DNA of 58,493 nucleotides, the filler included, from Squatina squatina (taxonomy: Eukaryota): assembly GCA_031763465.1 (NCBI GenBank). It is 4 parts of 4 records of this genome, joined end to end, with 100 filler letters (N's around TTAATTAATTAA, not from the genome) between each part and the next. Parts side by side here need not be neighbours in the genome. Positions count along the whole stretch, not along the records: positions 31,156 to 43,733 come from JARFOE010000013.1; positions 43,834 to 58,493 come from JARFOE010704616.1; 2 more parts are not named here. One strand, written 5' to 3'. The notes beneath the pieces are model-generated. The model was not told the origin of the DNA and ran no database searches. It saw only the letters and a program-made list of their open reading frames with translations. Positions 38,545-50,552 of this stretch are shown here, one piece after another; within the stretch, counting starts at the first letter, position 1; every line of letters starts with the position of its first letter. A program made the translations under genes and the position numbers.

Positions 38545-38988
38545 GTATTTTATATGGCATTTACAATAATGGATAACTCAATGAGTTACTGGGCAGTTGA
38601 ACACGAGAACATTAGGATAACCATGAACTACAAGAACAAAACTTGAACAAGCCTAGCTCATGTGATCATCTATATTGCAAATATAGCACACTTGTTTCCA
38701 ACTGCCTCTTTTATATAGATTTGTTTAATATTGATTTAATTAAAGCTGGTAGTTAATGTAGTTTAACAATCTCATTTGAGATAGACTTGCCACATGACTT
38801 ATTTTTGACCTCCGCACATGACAGGTATTTATGATCAGGTTTATAGGATGTTACAACATAGCTGTTGCAGAAAACATTCTGTCTTTACNNNNNNNNNNNN
38901 NNNNNNNNNNNNNNNNNNNNNNNNNNNNNNNNNNNNNNNNNNNNNNNNNNNNNNNNNNNNNNNNNNNNNNNNNNNNNNNNNNNNNNNN

Positions 38989-39308
38989 CTTATTTTCAAA
39001 TCCCTCTGTGCCCCTCACCCCTCCCTATCTCTGTAACCTCCTCCAGTCCTACAAGCATTTGAGATCTCCCAATGTTAATCATTCCATATTGTTGTCCGTG
39101 CCTTCAGCTGCCTAGGCCCTAAGCTTTGGAATTCCCTCCCTAAACCTATCTGCATCTCTCTCTACTCCTTTTAGATGCTCCTTAAAACATACCTATTTGA
39201 GCAAGCTTTTACTCATCTGCCCTGACATCTCCTTACATGGCTCGGTGTCAAATTTCCATTGATAACACTTTTATGAAGCACCTTGGGATGCTTTTCTGCA
39301 TTAAAGGT
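38989..39308 (+). mobile_element. L2-type LINE 3' end, interrupted by the Gypsy LTR
   Basis: Same family as 41212-41600; tail stops at GCATTAAAGG just before the TG of the LTR. Confidence 0.75.
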
Positions 39309-40660
39309 TGTAATGTATTATCACATGATCTGTCATATGGTTCAGTGTGAGCATGCTCAGTTCGCTCTGGTCTCGTAAGGCAAGCACATGGACTCACAAC
39401 TCACCGTGTCTCTGTCCTTCATTTGTTCTATCCAGATATATTAAATTTTGGCGACAAAGATGGGATCCTAAAGTCATTTTTAGGGATCATGGAAGGGCAC
39501 AGTGTTCAACTTTCGAGTGGACAATTTTAAGGTGAATTTGTGACATCTTAACTGACTTTTTGCGATGTTTTACCATTAACGCTTGCACAAAATCATCTCT
39601 GCTTCGCCTTCACGTGTATGTATACACTGCAACAGCAGAGCTGATTAGCATATGTACACAGGTAGCATAATGAGCCACTGTTCGACAGGATCGGGACAAT
39701 CATGGCCGCGCATACAGGTATCATCAGAAGTCTCGGCATGTATGACCGAGCTCGCGAACCATTCAGTTCTTAGACTGAGCGGGAGGAGATGTTTTTTAGG
39801 GCTAATAACATTATTGAGACTCAAGGTGCAGATGAGGATGTTCAAGCTCAAAATAAAGTAATTTGTGAACGAAAAAAGCAATTTTTCTAACAGAGATTAG
39901 GCCAGATGTCTATGGAACATTGACAAACCAATTTGCGCCAGGGAAAGTGAAGAATGCATCATTTGACGACATTGTCTTGAAACTCGAGGACCATTTCGAC
40001 CCAAAGCCATTAGAAATAGCAGAGAGTTTATAAGTTTGGTACCAGAAACTAAAAACAAAGTGAAACCATTAGTGAGTGCACTGTAGCTCTTAAGAACCTG
40101 TATTTGCATTGTAACTTCGGCACATTTTTGGATCATGCGTTGCGAGGTAAGTTTGTGTGTGGACTGGTGGATGAGCGCACACAGTCCAAGTTACTGAACA
40201 CTCCGAACCTAACATTTGACATAGCATGCAAAATTGCCCTATCTATGGAGATGGTGTCTATGAATGCTAGGGAGACATGCGCAACTCAAGTGACTAGTGC
40301 AGCCAAGATCTACAGTCACAAAGTCACTGCCAAACTTAAAACTGTGAGACTGGCTCAAAAAACATGTCGGTGAGAGCAGTTCAGTGAATTGTTATCGCTG
40401 CAATGGAAATCACTCACCACAGTCCTGCCATTTCAGAAATGTGAAATATTTCCACTGCCAGAAGCAAGGCCACATTTCAACAGCTTGCAGAGCTAGATCT
40501 AAAGCAGGAAGTAAGAACCATTCTAGTAGCAATGCAAAGCAGCGACAACGAAGGGGACGAGTTGACAATATTGAAGTGAACACACCTGATGTTGAAGAAC
40601 TAGATACCTACAGTATCGATGCACTAGCAGCAACGCTAGCAGTCGTAAGAAAGACTTCTG
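39309..40660 (+). mobile_element. Gypsy (Mag/K02A2.6-like) LTR retrotransposon relic: short 5' LTR, PBS and decayed gag
   Basis: TG-starting LTR ~39309-39445; PBS TGGCGACAAAGATGGGAT at 39449-39466. gag from ATG 39702 with stops and frameshifts: KKAIFLTEI, LEDHFDPKPLEIAE, HCNFGTFLDHALRGKFVCGL..ERTQSKLL, zinc knuckles CYRCNGNHSPQSC and (Y)FHCQKQGHISTAC. No pol or 3' LTR seen. Confidence 0.85.
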
Positions 40661-40793
40661 TACAAAAATTACAAAATGGAAAAGAATTCATGCACGTTCT
40701 TTTAGTGACAGGGTATGGGACTGGGTCAAAAAGCAGAGACTGGCACTGACATTATTGGTTTCCTTCCAATGCAACATTTTGTTCTGTAAACAG

Positions 40794-40950
40794 TGCATTT
40801 AACTATGACGCAGAGAACATGAATTCAGAAGAAATATACTGCTCTCTTCGAGGAGTGACTGAAGCAATCCAGAACTTCAGTCTTCTTAGTCTAGAAGAAA
40901 TGAATGAACCTTTGCGACGGGAAGCTAAAAAAGATGATGATGGGGAACTG
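40794..40950 (+). CDS. CLASP2: CLASP2 internal exon
   Basis: gtaaacag|T GCA TTT AAC...GAA CTG|gtgagt; 157 bp; AFNYDAENMNSEEIYCSLRGVTEAIQNFSLLSLEEMNEPLRREAKKDDDGEL. Confidence 0.93.
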
Positions 40951-41211
40951 GTGAGTATTTTATGCATTTCTGTTCAAAGTTTTTCAGCTTAGTTGATGTC
41001 AACTTGGGGTGCATGGAGGATATTTCTTTGACTATGCAAATGAGTTCGGGTGGAAACTTGAACCATAACTTCACTTTGGAAAACCAGAGCAATTTGAACC
41101 GTTTTCCGACTNNNNNNNNNNNNNNNNNNNNNNNNNNNNNNNNNNNNNNNNNNNNNNNNNNNNNNNNNNNNNNNNNNNNNNNNNNNNNNNNNNNNNNNNN
41201 NNNNNNNNNNN

Positions 41212-41600
41212 AGAATCTCATCCTTGTTTTCAGATCCCTCTATGGCCTCGCTCCGCCCTATCTCTGTACTATCCTTCAGCCCCACAACCCCCAAAATATC
41301 TGTGCTCCTTTAATTCTGCCCTCTTGAGCATTCCTGATTATAATCGCTCAACTATTGGTGGCCGTGCCTTCTGTTGCCTTGGCCCTAAGCTCGGGAATTC
41401 CCTGCCGAAATCTCTCCGCCCCTCTTTGCTCCTTGAAAACGCACCTTAAAACCTACCTCTTTGACCAAGCTTTTGGTCCTCTGCCCTAATTTCTCCTTAT
41501 GTGGCTCGATGTCGTTTCTTGTCTCATAATACTCTTGTGAAGAACCTTGAGATGTTTCACTGCGTTAAAGGCGTTATATAAATACAAGTTGTTGTTGTTG
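41212..41600 (+). mobile_element. L2-type LINE 3' end with (TTG)n tail
   Basis: LILVFRSLYGLAPPYLC..; ends GTTAAAGGCGTTATATAAATACAAGTTGTTGTTGTTG. Confidence 0.85.
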
Positions 41601-41966
41601 AAAACTCTCCTTTATTGAGTCTGAGCCCAGGGAGTGGTTTTGAAATGTTGGTGCTGAGTTGAGTTTAGGACCTTCTGCATTATGAAGTGTCCCAAACACC
41701 AAATCCACTGCCCTTAGTTCAGCGAGTTTCCACGCACTTATTTTCTAGATTCTCACATTTAGAATGGGTACTTGGATGAGATATCAACAAGCTGGCACCA
41801 CGAATGGAAGTATATTCAAAATGTGTCATTCCTTTCAGGAGAGGAAGGGAAAAAAATAGGGTGTGGAGAGAAATACATTGAGTAAAAAGGAGAGGAGTAC
41901 TTTCTCTGTAGCGCCTCAAACCATGATTTTACAAATGGAATTTATTTTTCCAATTCTGTTCGATAG

Positions 41967-42186
41967 GCCACTGGTGGAGTTGCTGATATCCGAGGAGGCG
42001 GTGATGCCACTGACTTGGGGCGAACTGCTCTGGACAGTAAGACTTCATTGCTGAACACCATGCCACAGCGCAGCAGCTCACGCCCACGTGATTATAATCC
42101 CTACAACTATTCTGATAGTTCTTCTGTTAATAAGTCTGCCTTAAAAGAAGCAATGTTTGATGATGATGCTGAACAGTTTCCTGATG
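41967..42186 (+). CDS. CLASP2: CLASP2 internal exon
   Basis: ttcgatag|GCC ACT GGT...CCT GAT G|gtaagt; 220 bp; ATGGVADIRGGGDATDLGRTALDSKTSLLNTMPQRSSSRPRDYNPYNYSDSSSVNKSALKEAMFDDDAEQFPD. In phase with the previous exon. Confidence 0.93.
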
Positions 42187-43733
42187 GTAAGTAGCAGACA
42201 TATTTAAGGATTAAGTACCTTTATTTGGTAGTTGTACAGTTTGCTCAGTAGTTCATTATTTGGTGGTTTACTGTTGCGTGGTTCTGTCTGTATTTTTAAA
42301 TTTCTGAAAGATCCTTTTAACTATTGACAGTTCTTTATTTCATGAGTGTAAAAGACAAGTGTTTAATATAAGTGCTATAACCTGAAAAGCAAATTATGTT
42401 TGTCTGGTCTGTTTCTGATCACAGAATTAACGATATGAACTACAACACTCTCTTGCTCACAAAATGAATCAGGATTACACATGGTTATCACATCTTTTTG
42501 CCAAAGCCCTTTAGGTGACCCAGATTAAGCATTTGGTGATGTGTAAAACTGATGCATTGGACTTTGATATCTAGAGCATCAAGATAGTTGACACATCGTA
42601 AACTTTCCCGCCTAGGTCCTCGTCTACAAATCACTTCAATTCACACCCCTCCCCTCTTACCTCTGTAACTGACTCCAGCCTTATGCTGCCTTTCTACNNN
42701 NNNNNNNNNNNNNNNNNNNNNNNNNNNNNNNNNNNNNNNNNNNNNNNNNNNNNNNNNNNNNNNNNNNNNNNNNNNNNNNNNNNNNNNNNNNNNNNNNCCA
42801 CAAACATTGAATCAGGTAATACTACGTTGACAAAACATTTTGGCCAGCAGATGCAGTTTTTCAAAGGTGACAGCAGCACGAGTAAATGCAATTCCCTGTG
42901 TGGTTGGTGTTCCATGGAACTCCTTAAAAAAAGGTTGTTGTATGTTTTTACATTTCTGGAAAATGATAGGGGCAGATATTTACACTTGCTGCTTTCTAGG
43001 AGACTGCACTCCCTCCTCAGTGATTTTCATTCTGCAATCCTTTGTGCCAACCTGAGTGTAGAATTATAAGATTACATAAAGTGAACTTGTTTTTTGTATA
43101 TTTTGAAGTATTTTTTAATGTTATTGTTTTCTTATTAACTGCATTTTAGCTTTTAGTACTAACAACTTTCTATAAAATATAACAACTGCTGTCTAAATCA
43201 GTACTTGCAAAAATCTGTGCGGTTGAAACAAAGGAATTCCCTAAAAGTTTGAAATATTATTAGTTTCATTGCACCATAATTTATTGTTTCTGTATAATTA
43301 GCAACTTAATCTATTTAAAAGATTTTCATGGTGCAGAATGGTTGCAGGAGAAGTGGTTTGTGTTACTTGTATTGCTATCCTGTGCTTTTCACATTTTTGC
43401 CATTAATGTAGCAGTGTTGTGGAGCACAAATGCTCAGTGCCACAAAGTGGAAGAATGCAGGTTCAATTCCTCACTCTACTCTGTGGTATCTGCTGTGCTG
43501 GGATGCTTCATGTGGAGGGAATTTTAGAATGATGAAACTCTGTATCGGGGTGCACATTTGCAAAATGTATCCTCTAATGTCTCCTCCAAGGGGCAGGGCA
43601 TAAGTACAAACCCCAACTTTTTTATCTAATAGCAACCAGCTGAAAATGACAGGGGAGACCGTTCACTCACAGTTAGATTTTCTACAGTACCACAGTGACT
43701 ACACTTCAAAAATACTTAATTGGTCGTGAAGCG

Positions 43734-43833
43734 NNNNNNNNNNNNNNNNNNNNNNNNNNNNNNNNNNNNNNNNNNNNTTAATTAATTAANNNNNNNNNNN
43801 NNNNNNNNNNNNNNNNNNNNNNNNNNNNNNNNN
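43734..43833. other. Artificial scaffold spacer
   Basis: 44 N + TTAATTAATTAA (43778-43789) + 44 N. Confidence 0.95.
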
Positions 43834-44127
43834 GGGAGAGTTGAAGGTGTGGGGTGATGGGGTAGGGGGATGATGGGGTGGGGGGATGATGGGAGTGGGT
43901 GTGATTGGTGTGGGGTGCGGGTGATGGATGTGGGGTGATGGGGGAGAGGTGAAGGTGTGGGATGATGGGGGTGGGGGGATGATGGGAGTGGGTGTGATTG
44001 GGGTGGGGTGATGGGGAGGGGTGTGACGGGACTGGGGTGATGGGGAGGGGTGTGACGGGACTGGGGTGATTGGGGTGGGGGTGATGGGAGTGGGGTGATG
44101 GGGGAGAGGTGAAGGTGTGGGGTGATG
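43834..44127. repeat. G-rich simple repeat, (GGGGTGAT)n-like
   Basis: Runs of GGGG separated by TGAT/TGT; GGGAGAGGTGAAGGTGTGGG recurs about three times. Confidence 0.9.
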
Positions 44128-44494
44128 TGAGGGCCATTAATAATCCGTTTGACCCTCTTGTAATGAAAGGGAAATGGATGGACCGACTTCACTTGCACAG
44201 ACATTGCTCCTTCCCACATGCTCAGGATGTCCCAAAACGTTTCAAAGGATGGAACGGGCCAAGTTGGGAACAGGTGAACCAATGTGAGTTTAATGTTTGT
44301 GTGCTGCTGAAGTAACAACTAGAACTACATTTCATGAAAAATACTTTCTATTTCAGTGGCTCTGTCCAAAATGTTGTACAAATGGATTTTTGAAGCCAAA
44401 TATTTTTTAAATAGAATCATTGAATCTTCCAGCGCAGAAACAGACCAGTCGACTGGTGACTTCTGTGCTGGTGTTTCCGCATTGAATGTTTTGT

Positions 44495-45420
44495 ATAGAA
44501 TCACATTGAAATTACAGCAGGAAATCAGGCCAGTCGGCCCAATCGATCTGTACTGGTGTTTATCTTCCACATAACGTTCCCTCCCTGTTGCACGGCCACA
44601 GGTCAGGAGATCCCACATAGGTCACTCACTGGCTGTGACACTGGCAAAGATACGACCACGCAGCACCTAAAATAAAAATTAGAGGGAACATTGATTAGCA
44701 GTATCCTAATCCTATGTACCGACCTGTTCCCATATCTCTTTATCCCCTTTCCTGCACTCACCTATCTCATCTATACTTTAATGGTGAAACGGTCTCTGCA
44801 TCAATCACTGGCTCTGGCAGTACTTTCCACAGTCTCACAATCCTCTGTGTAAAAACACTGCACATGCTCTTTGTCCTAAATCACTTGCGTTTAATCTTAT
44901 ATCCCTTCGTTCTGGACCCTTTAACTGCCGGAACCAGCCTGTTTCTAACTACCCTGTCCCTTCCCTTCAGAACATCTCTATCGAATAACCTCATAATCTC
45001 ATCTCTTCGAATGAAAATAACATAAATGTTCCGAGTTTTTCTTCATATTTGTATTTCCTTATTCCAGCAGCATCCGAGAGAGGCTGGGCTGCACCCTCCC
45101 GAAATCCTTCATATCCTTCCGACAGTGTGGAGCTAAAAACTGCACACAATCCTCCAACTGTGCTCATACTAAGGTTTTATATAGGTTCACCATCATATCT
45201 TCACTATTATATTCTATAGCATGCCTCATAAAGTGCTCTTATCCACTTGAGGTGCTGTTTTTAATCTCTGGTGAGACTAAAATCCCCAAATAGCACTACT
45301 CTTCCACATCGCTCACCTTGCCCCCATTCAAAGTCTAATTGTTACGTATTTAAGCAAAATGCACCAACTCACACTGAATGACATGGAATTCCGCCTGCTG
45401 CTATTGTGCCCATTCTATTC
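44495..45420 (-). mobile_element. Old CR1 LINE 3' fragments
   Basis: ATAGAATCA..AAATTACAGCAGGAAA..AGGCCAGTCGGCCCA tail; reverse strand FTQRIVRLWKVLP-like and LEDCVQFLAPH-like segments. Confidence 0.65.
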
Positions 45421-46014
45421 AATCTACCCAGTGTAACCTGACTCGTGCTCATTGCTCAGAACCTTTAATATTTCTCTTTTGCCAGCAATCATCTAATTAC
45501 CTCAGTGGACTCTGCTTCAACTTGTTGCAGTCTCAATAATCTCTGTGCAAAGAAATTTGGTCAACTTCCCTTTAGTTCCTTCAAATGTGTGACCCTTGTT
45601 CACAGAGTGACGGTATCTCACAGGGACCCCCACTGCCCTTCGCGCATCACCCAACATTCTCATTACTGTTCATTTGATTGATTCATCTTCACAGTCCAGC
45701 AATTATACCTTAAACAATCCATAATTGCTGGCGAATATTCCCCAATATTGGAACATCTGTCTTTTTTTAGGACAGCCAAAAATGTCAATCTAGAAAAGAA
45801 GAGAGTCTATCAGTTGATGGTGTTCATCCCATCACATAGGCCTGGTTTCAGGCCAATTTGCAGCTCCCTTTTTCCATTGTAGGTAGTTTACAATCCCCAA
45901 AATTAATCCAATAATTCATTATTAGTACAATAGTCATGCGCAGATATTAGGTGGTGTTTCTTTGGCCTGCAGCTGTCTGTTGCTGACACCCTGGGCTGGA
46001 AGCATTAGCAGGTG

Positions 46015-46292
46015 CCAGCTGTGGTTCAGTGGTTAGCACTCGCGCCTCTGAGTCAGAAGGTTAAGGGTTCACTTCACACTCCAGAGACATCAGCACATTA
46101 TTGAGACTGGCACTTCAGTCCAGTACTGTGCAGGAGCACAACACTGTCGAAGACAACGTCTTTTGGATGAGATGTTAAGCCGAGGCCATGTTTGCCCTCT
46201 CAGATTCCAAAGCGACATTTGAAGATGAGCAGGGGAGTTATCCCAGGTGTCCTGGACAATCTTCATCCCTCAGCCAACGTCACTCAAACAAG
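46015..46292 (+). mobile_element. Deu-domain SINE with tRNA-like head
   Basis: Head GTGGTTCAGTGGTTAGCACTCGCGCCTCTGAGTCAGAAGGTT..GGGTTCA (A- and B-box-like) followed by a core homologous to 24020-24200. Confidence 0.8.
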
Positions 46293-47716
46293 TTCTATCT
46301 TTCTTTAACTAAGATGTGTTAGCAGCAATTGTGAAATGACGAATAACTCGTGCATTACAGATGGCTTAATAGTTAGAGTGGTGAGAGGCCAGATGGGTCA
46401 GTAGTTAGAGTGGTGAGAGCCCGGATGGGTTGGTAGTTAGAGTGGCGCTCGCCTGGCTGGGTCAGTAGTTAGTGATGAGAGCCTGGCGGGGTTAGTAGTG
46501 AGAGTGGTGAGAGCCCGGCTAGGTTAGTAGTTGGGGTGGTGAAAGTCTGGATGGGATGGTAGTTAGGGTGGTGAGAGCCTGGATCGGTTAGTAGTTCGCG
46601 TGGAGAGAGCCCAGATGGGTTAGTAGGTCGAGTGGCAAAGCATGCCTGTGTTAGCAGTTGCAGTGGTGAGAGCCTGGATCGGTTAGTATTTAGCGTGGTG
46701 AGAGCCTGGATGGGTTAGTCGTTAGCGTGGTGAGAGCACGGAAGCGTTAGAAGTTTGAGTGGTGAGAGCCCAGATGGGTTAGTAGTTAGAGTGGCGACAG
46801 GCCTGATGGTTTAGTAGTTAGAGTGGCGAGAGCCCGGATTGGTTAGTAGTTATAGGGTGAGAGCCTGGCTTGGTTAGTAATTAGAGTGGTGAGAGCCCAG
46901 CTTGGTTGATAGTTAGAGTGGTGAGAGCCCGGATGGGTTTGTAGTTAGCGTGGTGAGAGCCCGGTTGGGTTAGTAGTTAGAGTAGCGCTCGCCTGGCTGG
47001 GTCAGTAGTTAGAGTGATGAGAGCCTGGCTGGGTTAGTAGTTAGACTGGTGAGAGCCCGGCAAGGTTAGAAGTTGGAGTGGTGAAAGTCTGGATGGGATT
47101 GTAGTTAGAGTGGGAGAGCCCGGATGGTTTAGTAGTTAGAGTAGTGTGAGCCCTGATGGGTTAGTAGTTAGAGTGGTGAGAGCCCGGATGGTTTAGCAGT
47201 TAGAGTAGTGAGAGCCCGGATGGTTTAGTAGTTAGAGTAGTGAGAGCCCAGATGGTTTAGTAGTTAGAGTGGTGAGAGCCCGGATGGTTTAGTAGTTAGA
47301 GTAGTGAGAGCCCAGATGGTTTAGTAGTTAGAGTGGTGAGAGCCTGGATGGTTTAGTAGTTAAGAGTGGTGAGAGCCCGGATGGTTTAGTAGTTGGAGTG
47401 GTGAGTGCCTGGATGGTTTAGTAGTTAGAGTGGTGAGAGCCCGGATGGGTTAGTAGTTAGAGTGGTGAGAGCCCGGATGGGTTAGTAGTTAGAGTGGTGA
47501 GAGCCCTGCTGGGTTAGTAGTTAGAGTGGTGAGAGCCTGGATGGGTTAGTAGTTAGAGTGGTGAGAGCCCACATGGGTTAGTAGTTCGAGTGGTGAGAGT
47601 CCGGTTAGGTTAGTAGTTAGAGTGGTGAGAGCCCACATGGGTTAGTAGTTCGAGTGGTGAGAGCCCGGATAGGTTAGTAGTTAGAGTGGTGAGAGCCCGG
47701 ATGGGTGAGTAGTTAG

Positions 47717-48527
47717 GGCGGCCAATTCGTGGTAAAACTTCTGGCATGAAAATGGCGCAAAACTGGTGTTAAGCCACTTTTGGCGCTAAAACGCAGGGGC
47801 AAAATTTGGGTCCCGTTTGCGTCGGCGCGAAACGGGCGCAGAGCCCATAACGCTCGAGGTGCTGGTGTTAGTCTAAACGCGGCACTGTGATGTCATCGTT
47901 GCTCGCGCCGCCCAAAGTGGGCGCCCGTCCAGAATTGCACAGTGTCAGTGAGCACTAAATCGAGCGGTGACAACGCCTGCTTTGCTCAGCGGGGACACGG
48001 GCCTCAGCTCATATAATCTGGCGCAAGAGTCCGACTGGGGCTGGGCCGGGCCGGGCCGGTCACAGCAGTAACAGTTAAGCCGGCAGTGAACAAAGGCTGA
48101 GAGAGACTTTGTGTCGTGAGCTGAGAGGCTGTGAGCAGTGAACAGAGGCTGTGTGTTGTTATGTTTCTGCTGTGAACTGACTCAACTAAACACTCAGGAA
48201 GGCTATATGTGAGACACATGCATCTGATCGCTATTAACTGGATTATAAAGAAGTTAGAAGCACTTAAATCAATGACCTCTTAAGTGGTCTGTCAGGTTGC
48301 AAGTAAACTCTGGAATTCAGGTTGGAAGCAAACTATGAAATTTGCATCTACACCACGAATAGGTCAGTTCACTATGGGCTCTTTACCGCTAAAGTTTGCA
48401 CGTGTTTCAATGCTCAAATTGTAAAATGACTAATTGGGGGCTTCATTGAAAATTTTCAAAGAGTCCCATTTCCAGCAGTAAATTCAACACTTAGCGCAAG
48501 AAACTTTAAAAACCTGAATTGGCCCCC
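47717..48527. mobile_element. Non-autonomous TIR element (Harbinger-like), copy 1
   Basis: Termini GGCGGCCAATTC...GAATTGGCCCCC; no coding capacity; no clean TSD visible. Confidence 0.7.
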
Positions 48528-49743
48528 ACGAGAGTGGTGATAGCCCGGTAGGGGTAGTAGATAGAGTGGTGAGAGCCTGAAGTGGTCAGTAGTGAGAGTG
48601 GTGAGAACCCGGCTGGGTTAGTAGTGAGAGTGGTGAGAGCCCGATTGGGTCCGTAGTTAGAGTGGCGAGCGTCCGGATGGGTTAGTAGTTAGAGTGGTGA
48701 CAGCACTGCTAGGTTAGTAGTTAGAGAGGGAGAGCCCGGCTGGGTTCGTAGTGAGAGTGGTGAGTGCCCGATTGGGTCAGTAGTTAGAGTGGCGAGAGTC
48801 CGGATGGGTTAGTAGTTAGAGAGGGAGAGCCCTGCTAGGTTATTAGTTAGAGTGGTGAGAGTCCGGTTAGGTTAGTAGTTAGAGTGGTGAGAGCCCTGCT
48901 GGGTTAGTAGTTAGAGAGGGAGAGCCCGGAGGGGTTAGTAGTTAGAGTGATGAGAGCCCTGCTAGGTTAGTAGTTAGAGTGGTGAGAACCAGGCTGGGTT
49001 AGTAGTTAGAGTGATGGGGGTCCGGTTAGGTTAGTAGTTAGAGTGGCGACAGGACTTATGGTTTGTAGTTAGAGTGGTGAGAGCCCGGATGGGTTAGTAG
49101 TTAGAGTGGCGACAGGCCTGATGGTTTAGTAGTTAGAGTGGTGAGAGCCCGGATTGGTTTGTAGTTAGAATGGTGAGAGTCCGGATGGGTTAGCAGTCAC
49201 AGTGGTGAGAGCCCTGTTGGGTTAGTAGTTAGAGTGGTGAGAGCCCTGCTGGGTTCGTAGTTAGAGTGGTGAGAGCACGGATGGGTTAGTGGTTAGAGTG
49301 GTGAGAGCCCTGTTGGGTTAGTAGTTAGAGTGGTGAGAGTCCGGATGGGTTAGTAGTTAGAGTGGTGAGAGCCTGGATGGGTTAGTAGTTAAAGTGGTGA
49401 GAGCCCAGTTAGGTTAGTAGTTAGGGTGGGAGAGCCCGGATGGGTTAGTAGTTAGAGTGGTGAGAGCCCGGATGGGTTAGTAGTTAGAGTGGTGAGAGCC
49501 CGGATGGGTTAGTAGTTAGAGTGGTGAGAGCCCTGCTGGGTTAGTAGTTAGAGTGGTGAGAGCCTGGATGGGTTAGTAGTTAGAGTGGTGAGAGCCCACA
49601 TGGGTTAGTAGTTCGAGTGGTGAGAGTCCGGTTAGGTTAGTAGTTAGAGTGGTGAGAGCCCACATGGGTTAGTAGTTCGAGTGGTGAGAGCCCGGATAGG
49701 TTAGTAGTTAGAGTGGTGAGAGCCCGGATGGGTGAGTAGTTAG

Positions 49744-50552
49744 GGCGGCCAATTCGTGGTAAAACTTCTGGCATGAAAATGGCGCAAAACTGGTGTTAAG
49801 CCACTTTTGGCGCTAAAACGCAGGGGCAAAATTTGGGTCCCGTTTGCGTCGGCGCGAAACGGGCGCAGAGCCCATAACGCTCGAGGTGCTGGTGTTAGTC
49901 TAAACGCGGCACTGTGATGTCATCGTTGCTCGCGCCGCCCAAAGTGGGCGCCCGTCCAGAATTGCACAGTGTCAGTGAGCACTAAATCGAGCGGTGACAA
50001 CGCCTGCTTTGCTCAGCGGGGACACGGGCCTCAGCTCATATAATCTGGCGCAAGAGTCCGATTGGGGCTGGGCTGGGCCGGGCCGGTCATAGCAGTAACA
50101 GTTAAGCCGGCAGTGAACAAAGGCTGAGAGAGACTGTGCAGTGAGCTGAGAGGCTGTGAGCAGTGAACAGAGGCTGTCTGTTGTTATGTTTCTGCTATGA
50201 ACTGACTCAGCGAAACACTCAGGAAGGCTATATGTGAGACACATGCAACTGAAAGCTATTAACTGGCCTATAAAGAAGTTAGAAGCACTTAAATCAATGA
50301 CCTCTTAAGTGGACTGTCAGGTTGCAAGTAAACTCTGGAATTCAGGTTGGAAGCAAACTATGAAATTTGCATCCACTCCACGAATAGGTCAGTTCACTAT
50401 GGGCCCTTTACCGCTAAAGTTTGCACAAGTTTCAATGCTCAAATTGTAAAATGGCAAATTGGAGGCTCCACTGAAAATTTTCAAAGAATCCCATTTCCAG
50501 CGGTCAATTCAACACTTCGCGCTAGAAACTGTAAAAACCCGAATTGGCCTCC
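49744..50552. mobile_element. Non-autonomous TIR element (Harbinger-like), copy 2
   Basis: Direct repeat of 47717-48527 at offset 2027 bp; same junction sequence with the minisatellite on both sides. Confidence 0.7.

Noticed and set aside
76-42186. Novel PANK3-CLASP2 synteny or gene cluster
   Set aside because: The genes are separated by two synthetic spacers, so linkage is unsupported.
31156-43733. U4atac snRNA, or assignment to CLASP1
   Set aside because: RNU4ATAC is hosted in an early CLASP1 intron. These exons are mid-to-late and fit CLASP2, and no U4atac-like sequence was seen.
43778-44318. Pro/His-rich extensin-like ORFs
   Set aside because: Translation of the complement of a G-rich simple repeat, running into N and spacer sequence.
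46021-46082. tRNA gene
   Set aside because: A/B-box-like sequence continues into a Deu-SINE core and lacks a cloverleaf; it is a SINE head.
48004-50244. Duplicated small ORFs beginning MCLTYSLPEC
   Set aside because: They lie inside the duplicated non-autonomous element, diverge in frame after a 2-bp indel and have no recognisable domain.
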